27,671 nucleotides of DNA from Ramazzottius varieornatus. Lineage: Eukaryota > Animalia > Tardigrada. The stretch is from the NCBI GenBank assembly GCA_001949185.1, contig BDGG01000003.1:1885823-1913493 (forward strand), written 5' to 3'. Positions 22,001 through 27,671 of the stretch are shown in pieces (positions within the stretch are counted from its first letter, which is position 1; each line of letters opens with the position of its first letter). The position numbers were made by a program, and so were the translations under genes. The notes below the pieces were generated by a model. It ran no database searches. It had not been told where the DNA came from and was given only the letters and a program-made list of their open reading frames with translations.

Positions 22001-24918
22001 GCTTTCGTCTGCAGGTACTCACCTCCAGAACTGGAGTTGTATATCCGACAATAACCGGCATGGCGATGTAACGACCAGCAGTATGGGACACCTGTAGGCT
22101 CTGGATGGTTCGTGGAACCGGGATGGCGCCACCTGTCACGGACAGAAACTTGTGGAAGTATATCCAGCTTACTCCCTTATCCGAACTGAAAATATAGAAA
22201 AATATCATGATAGCACGAAATTTTAGTATTCGTGGATTCAAAACCAATCGGGAAACAAATCAGAAATTTTTTTCGAGTGGTACAGGCTCTCAGCCAATAT
22301 GGCTGCACACATGCACCAGTTGGGTAGACGATCTGCTCGAGCCTATTTGCCGAGCTCCCATTTACAGAATATCCAAGTCAAAGCATATCAATATCAAATC
22401 TACAAATAAAACAGACTGAAATTGAATAGTGGCGGATCGCTACCTGTAGAAAAGGGAATTGCCGAAAGCGTAGTACTCCTGTCCACCGATATCCCTCTGC
22501 TGGATTCCCTTGATGACGGTTGCTCGTCCTGTCGAGGGAACCGAAAAGTTGTCCGACACGACGGTGAAGGGCATGTTGACATCCGCTGTAGGTATGTAGG
22601 TTGGCAGACAAGACCGTAGCTTCCAGTTTCCGGCGCTGTTGCTGTCGTTTGATTTCACGTACTTGACTAGGCAGTTTAGTGGTTGTTTAGTAGCATCGTC
22701 GGTGGCCATTGCCACATGAAAGACTGCGCTACTGTCAGCGACATCGAAGGCGTTGAAGATGCTGCAGGTCGAGAAGGAGGCTCCATTTGGTATCACGTTC
22801 TTTAAATCCGGACAGGGATCTTTCACCAAGGTAGTGAAAACGAACTTTCCTTCTATCAATGATAATTATGAAGTCAAACGTGCCTTGATTAACCAACAAA
22901 AATTTCTGATATCATTTTATCAAGTGTTACCTGGCATGAAGTACGGGGACATTCGCACTTCGTTGTCGGAAATCACAGTGACAAATGCTCCACTGAAGCT
23001 GTTGATGTCCGGTAGGATGATCCGGTAGAAGCATTTGTCGCTAATGAGTACGTCTTGTTTAGGTATATTAGGGTACTTCCTCGAAGCAGTTAGTGACAGA
23101 ATCTGGACCAGTCCGTACTGAAACACAACAAGTGGAAAAAGCCAAGAGAATATTCACAAATAAAGAGCTGATGATGCAAATTCGACCCACGTTTGTAGCG
23201 AGGAGGATACGGTCATGTAGGACCGCATGGCCCAGGATGGAATATCCTGAGCCACAGATGGGAGACGACACGCCGGCTGGCGCGGAGTTGAACTGGTAGG
23301 TTGTGTAGATAAGGCCTTCGTTGGGTGTATAGATCAACATGTCGCTGCAGCTCGTGGACCCCGCTTGGGCAGTAGAACAACTTCCGGTTAGCAACATGGG
23401 CAGCGGGAAAGAAACGAGGGTATTGATGCGAGGTGGTAGCGTCAGGTTGTTGCTGTTGCTCAGCTGTACGACGGAGAGTATACTGTTGTCAAACTGGGTG
23501 GTGTTACCCGAACGGTAATCGTCGATGTAGATTCGGAAACTGCAATGAATTTAATTTGAAATGCAAATGAATTGGTCATATTGGAGAGCCCGGCAAGAGG
23601 ATTTTCCAAGCGACGCAGCACGGTTTCAGTGTCAGTGCCCGGAAGAGTGCGCCACTTGGAAAACTCAAAGTTATTTTCCCAAGTGGCGCACGGTTCCCTT
23701 CTTACTGGACGAAGTGTGCGCCAGATGGGAGAACACTCTTGTTGAGTTGGTTGGCCGAGCTCTTTGTTGAATGATAAGACAAAAAGCTCGCCGTGGTACT
23801 GACTGTTTCTCGTTTCGAGGTGCGCCGACTCTTGGCGAATGGATCATGACGTCGATGGAGTACATGGAAGTGTTGGTGGGGATGGGCGCGAACCACATGG
23901 TGTATGGGAAGCTGACATCGGTCAGCAGCCGAATGTCCGGTTGGGTGTCGTTACGAGCTTCTGGCATATCTTCGGGAGCCGGATCTGTCCCGTCTATGTA
24001 ACGATGGAACATACAGGTAACACAGCTTCCAGTTCATGAAACTGAGATACAGTATATTATGATGGATGAATGTTTTTTTTTAAACTTACTAAGCTGACTG
24101 AGAGCGGAAATGTACACCAAAACGCCCTCCATGTCGACCATCAACCTTTTCTTTACACTCAAGACACTTTCTGTAATACCAAGGTAGATCCGAGTAAGAA
24201 GATTCCGAAAATAGTCTGACGTATGGTATGATATGTCGGCAAATGATGGATGATCTCACCCGGGCGTTATCTCAAGTGGCGCACCCTTGTATTCTCATTG
24301 GCCGATAACGTGCGCCATTTGAGAAAACTATCCGTGTGAATTCATTTTCCAACATCCTACATTGCTTACCGTCGTAAAGCGTCAATCGCATGACCACACG
24401 AGGATGGCTGTTGGCTAAAGCCATGTTGATAATTTCCGTTTCGTCCACCTAAAGTTGACACCTCTCGTTAAAGCTGGTCAGGCCTGATACCGTCATGCCG
24501 GTAATGTTCAGCAGATCGTGGGTTCGTAGGCTTACTCGGTCTGGACAACGAATGTTGATCTTGAGGAGATATGGATATCCAAGGAAGGACTACAAGTACG
24601 GTTCAAGTATCCGAAATTACATCAGCATTCTACATGTACAGTAATTAGCCTCGACCCGCACAAAACTGGTACACTACAGCAAACCTCGTTGTTTTGGGTG
24701 ATACGATCGTTGAGAAAGTCCACCGTCATGTTTTGCAGAACGCTGGTAAAGTTAACGAATGGCTTGGACGGGTTGACAGCCGGCAGAAGTTCCAACGTGG
24801 TAGCATCCACAATGTCTGTGTACCACCGACATCCGTCGTCGTATGGCTTGACGAACGCCCTTACTGGACCCGCAACGACCACCAACAAGATTGCGCACAG
24901 ACAAGACCTCATTTTCAT
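19038..24918 (-). CDS. CATSPERG: Cation channel sperm-associated auxiliary subunit gamma (CatSper-gamma)-like, 1193 aa, type I membrane protein
   Basis: 19 phase-consistent exons (3582 nt): 24918-24685, 24589-24536, 24448-24370, 24170-24090, 23993-23804, 23539-23191, 23117-22931, 22852-22444, 22185-22023, 21951-21772, 21694-21497, 21431-21231, 21156-20976, 20904-20666, 20166-20019, 19946-19781, 19705-19514, 19432-19221, 19156-19038. Signal peptide present. Motifs resembling vertebrate CATSPERG as I recall it: FLGYPYLLKINIRC, MWFAPIP, PNEIYVD, VYVGCRP...FFDC...PC, IQFICQSSSPCGD, FLIRVSNR..DTYCLFELEFVIRLRG. One C-terminal transmembrane helix. Confidence 0.88.
20209..20329. mobile_element. Fold-back family copy D, CatSper-gamma intron 20167-20665
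   Basis: ATAAGATCGTT..AGTGGCGCAC (20248-20257)-N23-GTGCGCCACT (20281-20290)..AACGATCTTGT; right terminus GTTTGCCCAGGTCTC. Confidence 0.78.
20343..20612. mobile_element. Tc1/mariner-type TIR element (MITE or collapsed larger element) spanning an N gap
   Basis: ~60-bp terminal inverted repeats CAGGAGGAGT[A/G]AGCATGTGTGACCCAGTGAGGAAATGTGTGACCCAGT...; TA on both sides (20341-20342, 20613-20614); CAG...CTG ends; internal direct repeat ATGTGTGACCCAGT x2 in each TIR. Confidence 0.8.
20487..20536. other. Assembly gap (50 N)
   Basis: Run of N; the true length is unknown. Confidence 0.99.
22245..22360. mobile_element. Degenerate fold-back family copy G, CatSper-gamma intron 22186-22443
   Basis: Core CGAGTGGTACA...TGCACCAGTTG (22274-22322). 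Right terminus ATTTGCCGAGCTCCCA is the reverse complement of the copy A left terminus. Confidence 0.65.
23584..23763. mobile_element. Fold-back family copy E with a duplicated core, CatSper-gamma intron 23540-23803
   Basis: Arms GTGCGCCACTTGG (23647-23659), CCAAGTGGCGCAC (23679-23691), GTGCGCCA (23716-23723), plus a degenerate first arm; termini GAGAGCCCGGCAA / TTGGCCGAGCTCT. Confidence 0.75.
24231..24357. mobile_element. Fold-back family copy F, CatSper-gamma intron 24171-24369
   Basis: TCTCAAGTGGCGCAC (24270-24284)-N25-GTGCGCCATTTGAGA (24310-24324); outer ATGTCGGCAAAT / ATTTTCCAACAT. Confidence 0.78.
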
Positions 24919-25767
24919 CAGTCAAATAACTATCTTTCTACCTCGACTGTGACATATTGCTGATAAATTAACCGGTAACAAGACACTCTACGTAATGAAG
25001 TTGGTGGTTCAACGTCCGCTGGAGTGTGTCGCGGGAACGCGTACACGAGGTAGCATTACTTGGTAACGGAGCAGAAAAGGGCTGCGCGTTAACGTTCTGC
25101 TACCCTCGCAGTGTGGACTTGCAAGAGGGCGCCACTGTCTAAGCAGCATGGTAAGATGGTCAGAAAGGCAGCGTTAAGGAACGTCTGCGTGTTTTCGCTC
25201 ATTAGGGTAGAGATTCAAGTCGGCGTGTCTGGTTCTCTGAAAGAAACGCAGTCTTTGCCGCTGGAACCAATTAGTGTTCTCAGAAGGTGTAATTCGCATG
25301 TCGGATGACTATCATGCTGTGCTTTAAATTTAGAGGCGGGTAATTGAGCTGAAAAGTGACGTTTCCGGGATTGCGTTGCGTATCTTTCCCGGGGTGCCCA
25401 TCTGGCCACTTCAATTACCCCTCCAGGTTTCCTGCGGTTTCTAAACGTGCTTCCTGTGTCGACTAATTTCTCCTCAAACGTACGTGCATTATCCTTCTTG
25501 TCTCGCTCTTCCGGTCATGCGGACACTGCTCACATGCAGAGAAGCTTAATTGCCCGGTTTATCCCTAGGTTTGAACTAACCGGCAGCTACACTGTACAGT
25601 GTTTCCAGAACAGTGCAGGAAGCAAATCAACAGCAGCATATAAACTCGGAAGTCCTTAATTATGTATCGAGTGATATCTCGAATAGCCGATAATTTTTCT
25701 GAAAGGAAACAAATATCGAAAGAAAAAATGCGCATGTATAAGTAACAGGTTTGGATTCAAATTATAC

Positions 25768-27214
25768 GACCGGATGTGCGGTCTCCTTTTCCACTACCTA
25801 GTCATGTTGTCTTTGCAGTCGATGTCACGCCATACACAGATGTGAAAGAATGGGAGAAAGACGTCAAATGGGGGACAGGAAGCCCGAAATAGTGAGCGAT
25901 TCACACTTGTGTCACGAATGTGATCACAGTTGGTGTTGATTTGGGCGGACATTCTGCGTGATCATACCGTCATACAATATGGCTGTTGCCGGAGCGAGAA
26001 GCCGAAAATGAGTATACTCGTGTCAGCCGTATGCAGTGCCACCATCTTTTCATTTGGCGCACAGCCCAGGGTAAGGCAAGCTAACGCTACTGCCGGAAAC
26101 CCGATCATGGCCATCAGTGATATCACTCATTCCTTCCTTGTCTTTTCTCTGGGGAAAGATGAATGGATGGAGGAACCAAACACCGGAAGCGATAATGTTC
26201 TGATGGCCAACTGATCAAGGTGAGCTGAGACCGCGAACTAATCATTGGTCATGCATGTTAATGAAACCGGCCTCCATACCAAAATGCGCCCTGTAGGGAA
26301 GCCTGTCTAAAAGAAACATTATAAGTCTTCATTACTTTCAAGAGAAGCCTTCCTTTGACATGTCTGTAAGATAAACGAAGCCACGTGCACTTCATCTGAG
26401 ACAGCAATGACATCCTGGGTGTGGGAGCGTCCAATCCTCATCACTCACTTCTTTGTCCAAGCTGTGTGGTCGTTGTGCAAGTTTACCATGTGAGCGAAGC
26501 TCGCACTCTAAAAAGATCGACCCATGCACTATGTCGAGAACTCAACCATTTCACAAGGCTTTAAGCGTGAAATTATGGCCGAGGGCTGTGTTAGTAACTG
26601 GAGTAATCAAAAGCCAGTTCAACTGGCATGAGATTTCCTGGTATTGGCAGATATGGCTCCCAAGAGAAGCTATTTTAGGATTAAAGAGTTACGCGGCAAG
26701 AAAGATTGGGAAAGTGAAGTCGGTGGTGTGGTTACAAATTAGTCGGCTCAGCGGTGAAGATGAGCTGATTAGAGCTGTTTAACGGGAGTGATGGTCGGAT
26801 GCGGCGGGTCAGGAATTTGATTGACATGAAGCGAGGAGAGGGGATTACGCTTCCTTCGCTGGAGAGGGAATATGCCGTAAGCAGGCTTGTCAAGGCTGCG
26901 GGCAATGGATGTGCAAAGCGTGTGGATACAAATTGACAACATATTTTACAAATATGGCCATTATACTGGTTTGATGTCGATCTGTGTGCATTCTGCTTGT
27001 CAGAGAAGGAAGGCTTAGGAAGGACGGCTGTCATCGACCAAAGCAGAACCGGTGAGGGGAAATTGTTGGCCGGTATTATCCTGTCAAGTGTGGGCGTCGA
27101 ACAAAAGAGCGTCGAGGATAATCAGCCGGTTGGGACGGGTGTATTATAGAGTAGCAAATGATTGGGGCGGCCAAGGTAAATATTTGACTTGTGAGCCGAG
27201 CGTCAATAGGGACA
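25768..27214. repeat. Right arm of the long inverted duplication (partner 1-1369); may continue to the window end
   Basis: See the left arm. Paired coordinates sum to 27137 for the inner identical block and 27215 for the outer identical block. Confidence 0.95.
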
Positions 27215-27671
27215 ACATTGTGTCGACTGATGAGCAAACAAGGCTGCTTTTTTCAATGGTCAAGCAAAATGTTGTGAAGAGTGCGGCCGTTCATTGACGG
27301 AGAATGAGCAGAGAAGCCTCTCAATCGATGGCCACAACATTGATTTATCCGCAGTGGGAAAACATCCACGTGCTCGAGAGGGCTGTTTTCTTTCGGTGCT
27401 ACTTTGCTTGGACAACTCTTGGCCTTCGCCTAGCCATTCAGGCCGCGCCGCTGGTCTTTGCCGAAGACCAGTAGGAAGGTAGCTCGGTGCGGAAGGGTCG
27501 CGCAGCTCACCCTGTAAAATGGTTGCTGAGTGCGCGGGCATGTTTGGCAGGAGGAAGTGCTGAAACCAGCAAGTCAAGCCAAGTATTGGTCAGAGGAATA
27601 TGATCTGCAAAGTGGCTTCCTCCCCCGCCGATACATGTTTGATGTAGCTGTCCATTAGGCGGGATTACTGT

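Noticed and set aside
7241-24324. Palindromic repeats as CRISPR, REP or attC-like prokaryotic elements
   Set aside because: They are dispersed in spliceosomal introns of animal genes, with no array structure and no cas or integrase genes.
26840-26975. Cys-rich frame GICRKQACQGCGQWMCKACG suggesting a zinc finger
   Set aside because: Short, bounded by stops, with no start or clear splice context. It could be a relic but cannot be supported.
1-27671. Whole window as a giant TIR transposon (Maverick/Polinton or Mutator-like)
   Set aside because: No integrase, protein-primed polymerase or transposase is visible. The interior is ordinary intron-containing host genes, the arms are mosaic, and the outer ends and TSDs cannot be seen.

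Overview
Gene-dense animal (metazoan) genomic DNA, not prokaryotic, with short GT-AG introns (mostly 60-140 nt). The ORF track shows only exon fragments, so I spliced gene models by hand and checked reading phase at every junction. In order, the genes are: a secreted Gly/Gln/Asn/Tyr-rich protein (-); VPS54 (+); a 583-aa orphan (-); a divergent Boule/DAZ-like RRM gene (-); a divergent POLE3/CHRAC17-like histone-fold gene (+); two tandem paralogous three-exon prepropeptide genes sharing LAGE[KR]NDGxxDR-GKR (-); and an intact 19-exon CatSper-gamma gene (-). About 24 kb of this block lies between ~1.4-kb inverted duplicated arms with patchwork identity (identical, diverged, identical). All nine introns of 199 nt or longer contain a fold-back palindromic element, eight of them from one ~125-bp family. 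A TA-flanked Tc1/mariner-type TIR element spans the assembly gap. The most novel candidates are the peptide-precursor pair, the intron-restricted fold-back family and the mosaic inverted arms. Family assignments rest on remembered motifs, not database searches.
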